Part shown: positions 9,564 to 18,684 of the stretch, piece after piece
How positions within the stretch are numbered: position 1 is the stretch's first letter
Layout of the letters: every line of letters begins with the position of its first letter
From: an uncultured bacterium
GTDB taxonomy: Bacteria > Patescibacteriota > Saccharimonadia > UBA4664 > SCTI01
DNA length: 64,000 bases
Direction: 5' to 3'
Assembly (NCBI GenBank): GCA_963721685.1
Contig: CAVRJJ010000001.1
Location: forward strand, 4,555 to 68,554
Translations under genes and position numbers: made by a program
The notes under the pieces: model-generated
What the model saw: only the letters and a program-made list of their open reading frames with translations
Databases searched by the model: none
Told to the model about the DNA's origin: nothing

Positions 9564-10327
9564 TGTATTGGCTTCTTAGCGATTCTTGGATTATGACCAA
9601 GCGGAGCATCCTGCATATCATTCGCAGCCTTGACCAGGTGTTGTCGTTAGTACTGTTTCCAATCATGTTCATGCTGTTGAACCGCTACGTCTTAGGCGGC
9701 GCGATTGATACCGGCAAAGTTAGTTATCCAAATTACTTGTTTGCGGGGATTTTAGTTCAAACCTTAGCCTTTGGCGCTAACTACACCACTATCAATTTGG
9801 CGGTGGATATGAAAGAGGGGATTGTTGACCGCTTCAAATCCTTGCCAATGGCTAGCAGTGCCCTCTTGCTTGGCCATATAACGTCCGACATGTTTCGCAA
9901 CATCATTTCAGGGTTAATCATGATCGCGGTAGGTTTCGCGGTTGGCTTTCGTCCAAACGCCAGTCCTTATGAATGGCTCTTGGTCTTTCTCCTTGCGATG
10001 CTGTTTTCCTTGGCTATTTCATGGTTGTCGGCAATTCTAGGCTTGCTGGTAAAAAGCCTGGAGGCGGCCCAGTGGGTGGGTTTTGTCCTTATTTTCCCTT
10101 TAACCTTTATCTCCAGCGCTTTCGTAGAGACTAAAACAATGCCAGAGGCTTTAAGGATATTTGCGGACAACCAACCACTTACCCATGTAATTGACACTAT
10201 GCGGTCTTTATTGGTCGGCACGCCGCTTGATAATTCTGGATGGCTTTCAGTGGTTTGGTGTGTGGCTATCATTATGGTAAGCATGCCACTAGCGGTATGG
10301 ATGTTCCGCCGTAAAACTGCCCAGTAA
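9563..10327 (+). CDS. ABC-2 type exporter permease
   Basis: 254 aa, 6 TM; start overlaps the stop of the ATPase gene. Confidence 0.7.
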   Translation: MYWLLSDSWIMTKRSILHIIRSLDQVLSLVLFPIMFMLLNRYVLGGAIDTGKVSYPNYLFAGILVQTLAFGANYTTINLAVDMKEGIVDRFKSLPMASSALLLGHITSDMFRNIISGLIMIAVGFAVGFRPNASPYEWLLVFLLAMLFSLAISWLSAILGLLVKSLEAAQWVGFVLIFPLTFISSAFVETKTMPEALRIFADNQPLTHVIDTMRSLLVGTPLDNSGWLSVVWCVAIIMVSMPLAVWMFRRKTAQ

Positions 10328-10487
10328 ATAGCTGAGAACGCTACTGACCTGCTCCTGATTGAAGGGCTTGGCTGTTTTTGTGGTTTAGTGTTTCAAGGAT
10401 ACTATTTCTCGATTAATTTTTTATTAAAAGTGCTTTAAAATAGTATCCTACAACCACTATTTTGATGAAACAATAATTATCTTCGGT

Positions 10488-10937
10488 CTAATGGTGGTGA
10501 TAGTCATGCATCAGCGCGTGGCCTTTACCTTTTTTAAGCAGGTAACGGTTTACTGGGTAGGCAGCCCAGAAGGCTATGAATAGGGCAAAGGCTAGGCTTA
10601 GCCAAAAGGTTGGGTTTGCTAGTCCGCCACCCATCGCCCCGGGAACAATGGCCATAATGGCATTATCAACAATTTCCATGGTAGCGATTGAGAGGGTGTC
10701 GACCGCTAAAGCGATTTTCATGGTGGCGCGTAGCGACAATCCCGCCCGCAACAAGGGGAGCGAGGTAAGCGAATAGCCAAAAAGGAAGGCCAACCCAACC
10801 GCCAACGCGATGGTAGGGGTGGTGCCAAGCCCTAAGGCCTCACCGATTACTAACCCCAGTACTTCACCAATGGCGCAACCGGTTAGGCAGTGCAGGGTGG
10901 CGCTTAAGGCCATTTTATTTAAAGATTTTTGTTGCAT
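10488..10937 (-). CDS. DUF4396-like membrane protein
   Basis: 149-aa membrane protein; 'LHCLTGCAIGE' Cys motif and His-rich C-terminus. Confidence 0.4.
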   Translation of the reverse strand: MQQKSLNKMALSATLHCLTGCAIGEVLGLVIGEALGLGTTPTIALAVGLAFLFGYSLTSLPLLRAGLSLRATMKIALAVDTLSIATMEIVDNAIMAIVPGAMGGGLANPTFWLSLAFALFIAFWAAYPVNRYLLKKGKGHALMHDYHHH

Positions 10938-10962
10938 ACCTTAATTGTATCGCAACAAAGAG

Positions 10963-11322
10963 TTAGTCGCGCATCAGCCAGGCAAGTGCTTCTTCGCGGT
11001 TATCAAAGAGCTTAGTGTTGTCACCCTTTCCCATAGCCATGATGATGGCGTTGGTGACCGCGGCATGACCCACATGATGCATGGCGATTCGGTCGTAATC
11101 GGTTTCTTCAAGGAATTTGAGCGCGGCCTTATCGGAGCCCAGCGAATAGCCAGTTTGTTGGGTCATATCAAAAAGTCCCCGCAGCGGTTTATCCTGGTTT
11201 TTCATCGTAGCAATTAACGGCTGCACCTTATCGTATACGTCTTTAAAGGTCTCACCGGTTTGGTGGCCAATAAATATAACTTCAATGTATCCAGCGGGAT
11301 TAAGAAAAATTTTATTCTGCAT
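10963..11322 (-). CDS. STAS/SpoIIAA-like (DUF3478-like) protein, paralog A
   Basis: 119 aa; shares 'IEVIFIGHQTGETF / DRIAM / EALAWL' with the ORF at 18137-18547. Confidence 0.35.
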   Translation of the reverse strand: MQNKIFLNPAGYIEVIFIGHQTGETFKDVYDKVQPLIATMKNQDKPLRGLFDMTQQTGYSLGSDKAALKFLEETDYDRIAMHHVGHAAVTNAIIMAMGKGDNTKLFDNREEALAWLMRD

Positions 11323-11366
11323 AACCTTAATGATGGCTCAACCAAGATCTTTTGTAAATCTTCGGA

Positions 11367-12638
11367 CTACTCAAAATAGCGGATTGTTCCAAAGGGGATC
11401 TTGTCTTTCATCGGGTTTTTAGAAAGGGCTACCGAGGCTGGCTGGACTACCAATTCGCCATAGCGGTCGTTAATGGCATTAATGGCATCTTCCAAATGTT
11501 CGCGCTGGACCTGGGTATCGCCGAAGAGGGTAGGTTGGTGGTTGCCGCGGTAAGGCTCCAGACCGTAGCTGCTCATATCAAAGCCATTAACCACCAGCCC
11601 CTGCGGGCCGGAGAGAAACAGCTCCATAGCGCGCTGATGGAGCTGGTCACCCCGGCGGACGGCGGCGGGCCACATATTGCGTCCATGCCACCGCCGCGGA
11701 TGGTCGTAGTCGGCTTCGCTGCCGCGGGGCTGACCATAGCGGAGATAGAGGCTTAAGCCCCGGGCGGCCAAATTATTGCGTTTTAAGCGGCGGCTGATTT
11801 TTACCGCCGCCTTGTGAAAGAGTAGCGAGAGCTCTTCTACCTCATCGGTGCGGTGCTCCAAAACGTAGTTGCGCCCCACGCTGCGGATACCGTATTGACG
11901 CTCGGTTTCATACCCACGCAGCTTTAAGTACCAGTGATGGCCGTTGATGCCGCCAAACACCTGGCGAAACAGTACCCAGTAGGGTGCGCGGTAGAAATCC
12001 ACCGAGCTATAAATACCCGCTTGGTTTAGCCGCCGCTCCATCCGCCGTTTAATATAGGGCAGTTTAACCAGCGGCAGCATGCTAAATAAGGCTTCTTGCT
12101 CGCCGGGGTTGATGGTGAGCAAGCCGTCGGGCTTATGGAACTCGGCGGCTACCTTGGCTAGCCAGCGGTTTTGGGCAATGCCAATATTCACCGTCATGTA
12201 ATCGCCGACATCTTCCTTAATCCGCTGCTTAATCTCCCGAGCAATATCTTCCAGACTGCGTCCTTTTAAAATAGAGTCCATGCCCGCAAAATCAATAACG
12301 CCCTCATCGACACTTTTCATGTAGGCGGCGGGGGAGTAGCTGGCAAAAATAGCCTTCATTTTATGGTGCACGTGGGTGTACTTGTCGGGGTCGCTTTCCA
12401 GCATAGTGAAATCAGGAACAATCGCGCGAGCCTCGTGCCAGCGGGTGCCAATCCCAATGCCCGCTACTTTGGCTTCATGCGAGGCGGTGATGCAAATAGC
12501 GTAATCGTTTAAACGGTTAGTAACGCCTACCGGCCGGCCGCGTAACAAGGGATTGGCCTGCTGCTCAGTCATCGCAAAAGCGCTGTTGAGGTCGATGTGC
12601 ATAATTTTGGGGGCGACGGGGTTGGGTTCAATGGTCAT
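11367..12638 (-). CDS. dinB: Y-family DNA polymerase (DinB/Pol IV-like)
   Basis: 'MHIDLNSAFA' (=HVDMDCFFA), 'SVDEGVIDF' (=SLDEAYLDV catalytic DE), 'WLAKVAAEFHKPDGLLTI' (=FLAKIASDMNKPNGQFVI) align with E. coli DinB. Confidence 0.65.
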   Translation of the reverse strand: MTIEPNPVAPKIMHIDLNSAFAMTEQQANPLLRGRPVGVTNRLNDYAICITASHEAKVAGIGIGTRWHEARAIVPDFTMLESDPDKYTHVHHKMKAIFASYSPAAYMKSVDEGVIDFAGMDSILKGRSLEDIAREIKQRIKEDVGDYMTVNIGIAQNRWLAKVAAEFHKPDGLLTINPGEQEALFSMLPLVKLPYIKRRMERRLNQAGIYSSVDFYRAPYWVLFRQVFGGINGHHWYLKLRGYETERQYGIRSVGRNYVLEHRTDEVEELSLLFHKAAVKISRRLKRNNLAARGLSLYLRYGQPRGSEADYDHPRRWHGRNMWPAAVRRGDQLHQRAMELFLSGPQGLVVNGFDMSSYGLEPYRGNHQPTLFGDTQVQREHLEDAINAINDRYGELVVQPASVALSKNPMKDKIPFGTIRYFE

Positions 12639-12888
12639 AATAGACCTCGGCTAGGTTCCAAGTAAGCGTTTCAGTGTCAAGCTCAAGCTTAAACTTGGCC
12701 GTGTCGCACAATAATTCAAATATATGATAAAACTTCTTGCCGCGGCGGGCGGGATAATGGATGCCAAACTGAGTGACCTTATAGCGGTGCCCGCGCCAAT
12801 CTACCAGATACGGTAGCACCACGCTAGCCCGCTTGGTATGGTCAAACCCGGCTAGCACCCTAACTGGCTCATTAATCTCTTCGGTCAT
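12628..12888 (-). CDS. small hypothetical protein co-operonic with the Y-family polymerase
   Basis: about 87 aa from the Met that has a GGAG RBS 6 nt upstream; stop overlaps the dinB start by 11 nt; the ORF track's longer 134-aa form lacks an RBS. Confidence 0.4.
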   Translation of the reverse strand: MTEEINEPVRVLAGFDHTKRASVVLPYLVDWRGHRYKVTQFGIHYPARRGKKFYHIFELLCDTAKFKLELDTETLTWNLAEVYYDH

Positions 12889-12915
12889 GGCATCTCCTAG
12901 CTTCAATACTATACC

Positions 12916-12930
12916 GAACAAAGACCGAAC
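12916..12930 (-). promoter_or_regulatory. GTTC-N7-GTTC direct repeat (candidate SOS/LexA-type operator) in the dinB-operon promoter
   Basis: reads GAACaaagaccGAAC on + strand, i.e. GTTC-N7-GTTC on the coding strand, about 28 nt upstream of the 12888 start and just upstream of a TATAGT -10. Confidence 0.35.
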
Positions 12931-12962
12931 ACAAGCTATGAAGAGTACGCTATACTTATCGC

Positions 12963-13589
12963 ATGGAACTGCTTGACCTGATTTTGCATATTGACGAACA
13001 TCTGCGTAACGCTGTCGAGCAATATGGCACATTAAGTTACTTGGTGTTATTTGGGGTTATTTTTATTGAAACCGGGTTAGTAATTATGCCGTTCCTCCCC
13101 GGAGATTCGCTGCTATTCGCGGCGGGCGCTTTAGCCGGAGCCGGTTCACTGAGCATATGGGTTCTTTTGCCAGTGTTGTTAACAGCGGCGATTGTAGGCG
13201 ACACGGTTAATTATTGGATTGGCAGTAAGACCGGTGAAGTGGTTTTTACCCGGAAGAATTCACGTATTTTTAGGCCGGCTTATTTAAAGAAAACTCACGA
13301 CTTTTATGAAAAATATGGCGGGAAAACCATTATTATTGCCCGCTTTGTCCCGATTGTGCGGACATTCGCGCCGTTTGTGGCTGGGGTCGGCAGTATGCGC
13401 TATCGGGACTTTCTGGTTTATAATGTAATAGGAGCTTTCCTATGGGTTATTAGCTTAACACTGGCTGGCTTCTTTTTTGGGAAAATTCCTTTCATTCAGC
13501 GTAATTTTGAGCTGGTCGTATTGCTCATTATTGCGATTTCAATCTTACCGGGTGTGATTGAGTATATAAAGCATAAACGGACTAAATAA
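12963..13589 (+). CDS. DedA/SNARE-associated (VTT domain) membrane protein
   Basis: 'FLPGDSLLFAAGALAG...IIARFVPIVRTFAPFVAGV' DedA signature. Confidence 0.75.
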   Translation: MELLDLILHIDEHLRNAVEQYGTLSYLVLFGVIFIETGLVIMPFLPGDSLLFAAGALAGAGSLSIWVLLPVLLTAAIVGDTVNYWIGSKTGEVVFTRKNSRIFRPAYLKKTHDFYEKYGGKTIIIARFVPIVRTFAPFVAGVGSMRYRDFLVYNVIGAFLWVISLTLAGFFFGKIPFIQRNFELVVLLIIAISILPGVIEYIKHKRTK

Positions 13590-13595
13590 CTATAC

Positions 13596-16382
13596 ATGCA
13601 AGATATCCCGAAAATTCAAAAGTACATACGAGCGGCTAATTATTTATCGGTGGCCCAAATTTACTTGCAGGACAACTGCTTACTTGAGCGCCCTCTGCGT
13701 TCCGGCGATATTAAGCCTAAACTGTTTGGCCATTGGGGCACTTGTCCCGGCATTAACTTCTCTTACGCCCACGCTAATTATTTAATGAAAAAGCATGGGC
13801 AAGAAGCGGTCTATGTGCTAGGCCCCGGACATGGGATGCCGGCCCTACAGGCAAACCTATTCATAGAAGGGACATTGCAGAAATATTATTCCGAAGCCAC
13901 CCATGATAAAGCTGGCGTAACCTACATTAGTAAAATGTTTAGTTGGCCTTATGGCTTCTCCAGTCATTGCAGCCCCGAAACACCAGGATTGATTTTGGAG
14001 GGGGGTGAACTGGGCTACTCCTTGGCGTCGGCTTACGGCGCGGTGCTGGATAACCCCGGCCTGTTAGCGGTTTGCCTCATAGGTGACGGTGAGGCAGAAA
14101 CCGGTGCTATTGCCGCCGCCTGGCACACCAATAAGCTGATTGACCCCGCTACTAACGGCGCTGTTTTGCCAATTATGCACTTAAATGGACTTAAGATTTC
14201 CGGTCCGACTATTTTTGGCCGGATGAATGACAAAGATTTGCTTGATCTATTTAACGGTTACGGCTACGAGCCCTTTATTGTGGAAGGTAATGACGACGAG
14301 ATTGATGCCCGTATGATGGAAACCCTGGAAACCTGCTACGAGCGGATTACCGCTATCCAAAAGCAAGCCCGCGAAGGAGATAATGAATTTACACCCCGTT
14401 TCCCCATGATTATCCTTAAAAGTCCGAAAGGGTGGACTACCGTAAAAGAGTTGCGGGGACAGCCGATTGAAGGCACCATTCGGGCCCATCAGGTAGTTAT
14501 GCCGACGGTGGCGGGGGATGAAGAAGAGCTGCAGGTGCTTGAAACCTGGCTTAAATCCTACCGGTTTGATGAACTATTTGATAAGACGACTGGATTTATA
14601 AGCGACATACTCGAAGTAGTGCCGCCCGACGAGCTGCGGATGGGTGATAGCCCCCATATGTTTGGGGCGCGCTACCAGCCGCTCAAGCTGCCAAGTGCCG
14701 AAGATTTAGCCAAACCGCTTAACACTCCCGGCGTTTTGCAGTCTAACGCTATGCGTATGGCAGGGAGTTATCTAAAACATTTATTTGCCGACAATCAAGA
14801 ATCACGTAACCTGCGGCTGATGTCTCCTGATGAAACATACTCTAACCGGCTGGATGAGGTGTTCGAAGTTACATCGCGCGGCTTCGTTTGGCCTCATCAG
14901 CCAGGTGATAAAGATTTGGCACGGGATGGCCGGGTGATGGAAATGCTTTCGGAACACACCATGCATGGCTTGGCCCAAGGGTACGTCTTAACTGGGCGTC
15001 ACGCCGTTTTCACCACTTATGAAGCGTTTGCCCAAATCTTTTCCAGCATGGCCCACATGTACCAAAAATTCTTGAAATATGTACGGTTGATGCCGTGGCG
15101 CCAGGACATTCCCTCGATAAACTACCTTTTGACCTCCACGGCTTGGCGGCAAGAGCATAACGGCTACTCCCATCAAAACCCCAGCTTTGTTTCGGGAATG
15201 CTGGAAAAGCATAATGACTTCATAAAAGCTTATTTTCCGGTTGACGACAACAGCATGCTGGCGGTGATGGAAGAGGCCATGGGTTCAAAAAACCAAATGA
15301 ACATTATTACCGCGGGAAAAACGCCCGAGCCTCGGTGGCTAAGTTATGAGCAAGCCAAAAACGCGCTGGTAGATGGGTTAAGTGTCTGGGAGTTTGCCAG
15401 CGATAAAAACCCTCATATCGTAATGGTAGGAATTGGCGATTACGTTACTAAGGAGGTCCTGGCGGCTATCGAGCTCATTAAGCAGGACGCGCCGGAAATT
15501 CGCATCCGCTGCGTTAATATGGTGCGGTTGCAGGCTGCCTGTTCGTGCGATGACGCGTTCCATCCCCAAATACCTTCAGCCGAAAAATATTTTACGGTAG
15601 ATAAGCCCGTGATTGTAAACTTTCACGGCTATCCGGAAACGCTTAAAAGTATGCTTTTTAATGTAAAAAACCCCCAGCGTTTTTCCGTGCATGGTTATAT
15701 TGAGGAGGGCGGGACGACCACGGCGTTTGATATGCAGGTGAGAAATCGCACCAGCCGCTACCATTTAGCGCTTGAGGCAATTGAAACAGCGTTGAAAGAA
15801 GAGATTATCAATGAAGGCAAATATCAGCAGTTGACTGAAAAATATCAGAAAGCCCTAGATGACCACCACGCTTACATTACTACCATAGGCGCTGATCCGA
15901 TTGATCTTGAAAACTGGCAGTGGTCCGGCAAGCCGCCCTTGATTGTAAATACTTCCGCCCAAGAACGGGTGAAAACCCTCAAGGAAGCCCGCACCATTGC
16001 CTTTATTGGCTTATCGGATGACACCAGCCGTCATAGCCATAAAGTTGCCCGGTACTTTCAGGAAAAAGGATATCGGATTATTCCTATCAATCCCAATATT
16101 GATGAGGCATTAGGCGAGAAGGCCTATAAGAGCCTAATGGACGTGCCGGCTACCCTGCATATTGATATCGTTGATATTTTCCGTAAGCCAACTGAAGTAA
16201 TCCCCCATATGGAAGAAATTATGGAGCGGGGAGGTATTAGAACGGTCTGGCTGGCCGAAGGCGCCAACAGCCATGAGGCGGAAGTCTTTGCCGAGGATTA
16301 TGGTCTATATTTGGTGACCAACTACTGCATTATGGATGTTGATATAAGCGGCGAAAATGCTCCGGAGAAAGCTCACGTATGA
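13596..16382 (+). CDS. xfp: xylulose-5-P/fructose-6-P phosphoketolase with a C-terminal CoA-binding (YccU-like) domain
   Basis: 928 aa; N-terminal 'FGHWGTCPG...GPGHG' TPP-enzyme motifs of Xfp; the last ~140 aa 'IAFIGLSDDTSRHSHKVARYFQEKGYRIIPINP...' match YccU/CoA_binding_2. Confidence 0.8.
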   Translation: MQDIPKIQKYIRAANYLSVAQIYLQDNCLLERPLRSGDIKPKLFGHWGTCPGINFSYAHANYLMKKHGQEAVYVLGPGHGMPALQANLFIEGTLQKYYSEATHDKAGVTYISKMFSWPYGFSSHCSPETPGLILEGGELGYSLASAYGAVLDNPGLLAVCLIGDGEAETGAIAAAWHTNKLIDPATNGAVLPIMHLNGLKISGPTIFGRMNDKDLLDLFNGYGYEPFIVEGNDDEIDARMMETLETCYERITAIQKQAREGDNEFTPRFPMIILKSPKGWTTVKELRGQPIEGTIRAHQVVMPTVAGDEEELQVLETWLKSYRFDELFDKTTGFISDILEVVPPDELRMGDSPHMFGARYQPLKLPSAEDLAKPLNTPGVLQSNAMRMAGSYLKHLFADNQESRNLRLMSPDETYSNRLDEVFEVTSRGFVWPHQPGDKDLARDGRVMEMLSEHTMHGLAQGYVLTGRHAVFTTYEAFAQIFSSMAHMYQKFLKYVRLMPWRQDIPSINYLLTSTAWRQEHNGYSHQNPSFVSGMLEKHNDFIKAYFPVDDNSMLAVMEEAMGSKNQMNIITAGKTPEPRWLSYEQAKNALVDGLSVWEFASDKNPHIVMVGIGDYVTKEVLAAIELIKQDAPEIRIRCVNMVRLQAACSCDDAFHPQIPSAEKYFTVDKPVIVNFHGYPETLKSMLFNVKNPQRFSVHGYIEEGGTTTAFDMQVRNRTSRYHLALEAIETALKEEIINEGKYQQLTEKYQKALDDHHAYITTIGADPIDLENWQWSGKPPLIVNTSAQERVKTLKEARTIAFIGLSDDTSRHSHKVARYFQEKGYRIIPINPNIDEALGEKAYKSLMDVPATLHIDIVDIFRKPTEVIPHMEEIMERGGIRTVWLAEGANSHEAEVFAEDYGLYLVTNYCIMDVDISGENAPEKAHV

Positions 16383-18130
16383 ACAATCAAGTGAAAGTCA
16401 TTGCTAAAGATTTAGTCGTTAACCAAACCTCCAACTTAAAAAACTACGACCAGGAATACCAAAATTTTTCCTGGGATACGGCGGCGGCAGAAGAGGTTAG
16501 TTTGTTCCCCGATGGGACCCTCAATATTGCCTATAATTGCGTTGACCGCCACGCCGAAGGAAAGCGCAAAGATAAGGTGGCGTTACGCTACGAAGGCGCT
16601 AATGGTGAAAAAGAAGACTACAGTTTTCTGCAATTAAAAGAATTAAGCAATAAGTTTGCCAATGTCCTAACTTCCCAGGGGGTTGGCAAGGGTGAACGGG
16701 TATTTATTTTCCTGCCGCCAGGGCCGGAGCGCTATGTTGCCTTTTTAGGCACCTTAAAGCTGGGAGCGGTGGTAGGGACAATGTTTGCCGCGTTTCAAGA
16801 AATGGCGTTATTAGATCGCTTGGGTGATAGTGGGGCTAAGGTTGTGGTGACCGACGCGGACCTCTACCCGCGTATTAAGAATATTCAAGATAAGCTTCCA
16901 CATTTAAAGCATATTATTATCGTCGGGCGCGGATCGGATGAAAAATTTCAGGCCGAGAATATCATTTCTTATGAGTCCGAAATGGAGAAGGCAGACAGCG
17001 GCTTTGATGTAGCCCATATGCAGAAAGATGATTTTGCCTACATGCTCTATACCTCTGGTACGACCGGCAAGCCTAAAGGCGTGGTACATGCCCATTTTGA
17101 TATTCTTCAAGCCATCGTTACTACCAAGTATGTGCTCGATATCCAAGAGGATGATATCTATTGGTGCACGGCAGACCTAGGCTGGGTAACCGGTGTTGTA
17201 TATGGCGTTATCGGTATTTGGGGCTTAGGCGGAACCTCGGTTGTTTACGGTGGCCGCTTTAGTCCGGAAAACTGGTATAACGTTTTACAATCGCATAAGG
17301 TGAGTGTTTGGTATTCCGCGCCAACGGCTATCCGTATGCTGATGGGGTCGCCGGTTGACCCGAAAAACTACGAGCTGGGGTCGCTTCGACATTTATGTAG
17401 TGTCGGCGAACCCCTTAATCCGGAAGCAATTTGGTGGGGGCTAACGGCGTTTGGTTTGCCCTTCCACGACACTTGGTGGCAAACCGAAACCGGCGGCATT
17501 AGTATTACCAATTACGCCGCGCTTGATATTAGGCCGGGCTCAATGGGCAAGCCCTTGCCCGGCATAGAGGCGGCGATTATTGATGACGACGGAAATCCGG
17601 TGCCCGACGGGGAAGAGGGTAATTTGGCACTTAAAGCCTCAACCGTCTCTTCGCTGATGAAGACGATATGGCACAACCAAGAGAAATTCGATTCATACTT
17701 TAAGAATGAGTGGTACCTGTCCGGTGATGCCGCGATGAAGGATAAGGACGGTTATTTCTGGTTTTTTGGCCGGGTAGATGACGTCATTATGACTGCCGGT
17801 GAACGAATTGGACCATTTGAGGTGGAAAGCGCGCTTGTTAGCTACCCAGACGTTATTGAGGCGGGCGTTATTGGCAAGCCCGACGAGGTGCGCGGTGAAA
17901 TTATCAAAGCGTTTGTGGTGGTTAAGCCTGGCGTTGAGCAAAGCGATGAGTTGAAGGAGAAATTGCGGCTCCATGTGAAAAAGCATTTGGCCGGCCACGC
18001 TTATCCGCGCGAAATTAGTTTTATTGATAAGCTGCCTAAAACCCGCTCCGGAAAAATTATGCGCCGGGTATTAAAAGCCCAGGAGCTGGGTTTGCCAATC
18101 GGCGACACCTCAACCCTCGAGAACTTTTAG
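16379..18130 (+). CDS. acs: AMP-forming acetyl-/acyl-CoA synthetase
   Basis: 'YTSGTTGKPKGV' AMP-binding motif, 'YNCVDRHAEG' Acs-like N-region; start overlaps the xfp stop (ATGA). Confidence 0.75.
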   Translation: MNNQVKVIAKDLVVNQTSNLKNYDQEYQNFSWDTAAAEEVSLFPDGTLNIAYNCVDRHAEGKRKDKVALRYEGANGEKEDYSFLQLKELSNKFANVLTSQGVGKGERVFIFLPPGPERYVAFLGTLKLGAVVGTMFAAFQEMALLDRLGDSGAKVVVTDADLYPRIKNIQDKLPHLKHIIIVGRGSDEKFQAENIISYESEMEKADSGFDVAHMQKDDFAYMLYTSGTTGKPKGVVHAHFDILQAIVTTKYVLDIQEDDIYWCTADLGWVTGVVYGVIGIWGLGGTSVVYGGRFSPENWYNVLQSHKVSVWYSAPTAIRMLMGSPVDPKNYELGSLRHLCSVGEPLNPEAIWWGLTAFGLPFHDTWWQTETGGISITNYAALDIRPGSMGKPLPGIEAAIIDDDGNPVPDGEEGNLALKASTVSSLMKTIWHNQEKFDSYFKNEWYLSGDAAMKDKDGYFWFFGRVDDVIMTAGERIGPFEVESALVSYPDVIEAGVIGKPDEVRGEIIKAFVVVKPGVEQSDELKEKLRLHVKKHLAGHAYPREISFIDKLPKTRSGKIMRRVLKAQELGLPIGDTSTLENF

Positions 18131-18136
18131 CGAGCG

Positions 18137-18547
18137 TTAGGCGCTTTTGCGCAGCCATATTTTGGCATCTTTGAGGTTCGAGAAGTAGTGCGTATTAGGT
18201 TGGGCAATAGTCTTAAGCAAAAGATTAATCCCGGTTCGAAGCGCCGCCGACCCATCACCAACCATAGCAGCCCGGTCATAGTCGAGAATACGCCCTAAAA
18301 TAGCAACCGCCCGCACTGCCGGCATATCGGCTTTTCCAATTTTGCTGACATCATCAAGCAGTAATACTTTTTTCCCAGCTTGGCGCAGTTTAACAATTTC
18401 GTCGGTCAGCTCGCGGCCCATGGCTTCAACCGTAGCGCCGGTTTGGTCGCCAACGACATTAATTCGCAAGATACCGTCTTTAAAATAGATCTGATTTTCT
18501 GAATTAACGGTATCTGGCATATCTCTCAAGGATAAGGGATTGCGCAA
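18137..18547 (-). CDS. STAS/SpoIIAA-like protein, paralog B
   Basis: 136 aa; 'LRINVVGDQTGATV / DRAAM / AKIWL' paralogous to the ORF at 10963-11322. Confidence 0.35.
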   Translation of the reverse strand: MRNPLSLRDMPDTVNSENQIYFKDGILRINVVGDQTGATVEAMGRELTDEIVKLRQAGKKVLLLDDVSKIGKADMPAVRAVAILGRILDYDRAAMVGDGSAALRTGINLLLKTIAQPNTHYFSNLKDAKIWLRKSA

Positions 18548-18684
18548 GGGCAGTAAAGCTATTTGGGTAGAAGGGATTCTTGTTGATTGAGGGCTGATCG
18601 GCTTGCGGTAGGAAAAAATGCTTGACGATAATTTCCATTGCGGTTATGCTTAGGCTAATTAACACAAAACACAAGGAGCTGACA

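Noticed and set aside
12889-13032. 134-aa version of the small ORF upstream of dinB
   Set aside because: The first 48 codons lack an RBS and would overlap the divergent dedA promoter region. The internal Met has a GGAG RBS.
18622-18684. ATG at 18622 as start of the first surface-protein gene
   Set aside because: There is no RBS. The GTG at 18685 has an AGGAG 6 nt upstream and yields a proper signal peptide.
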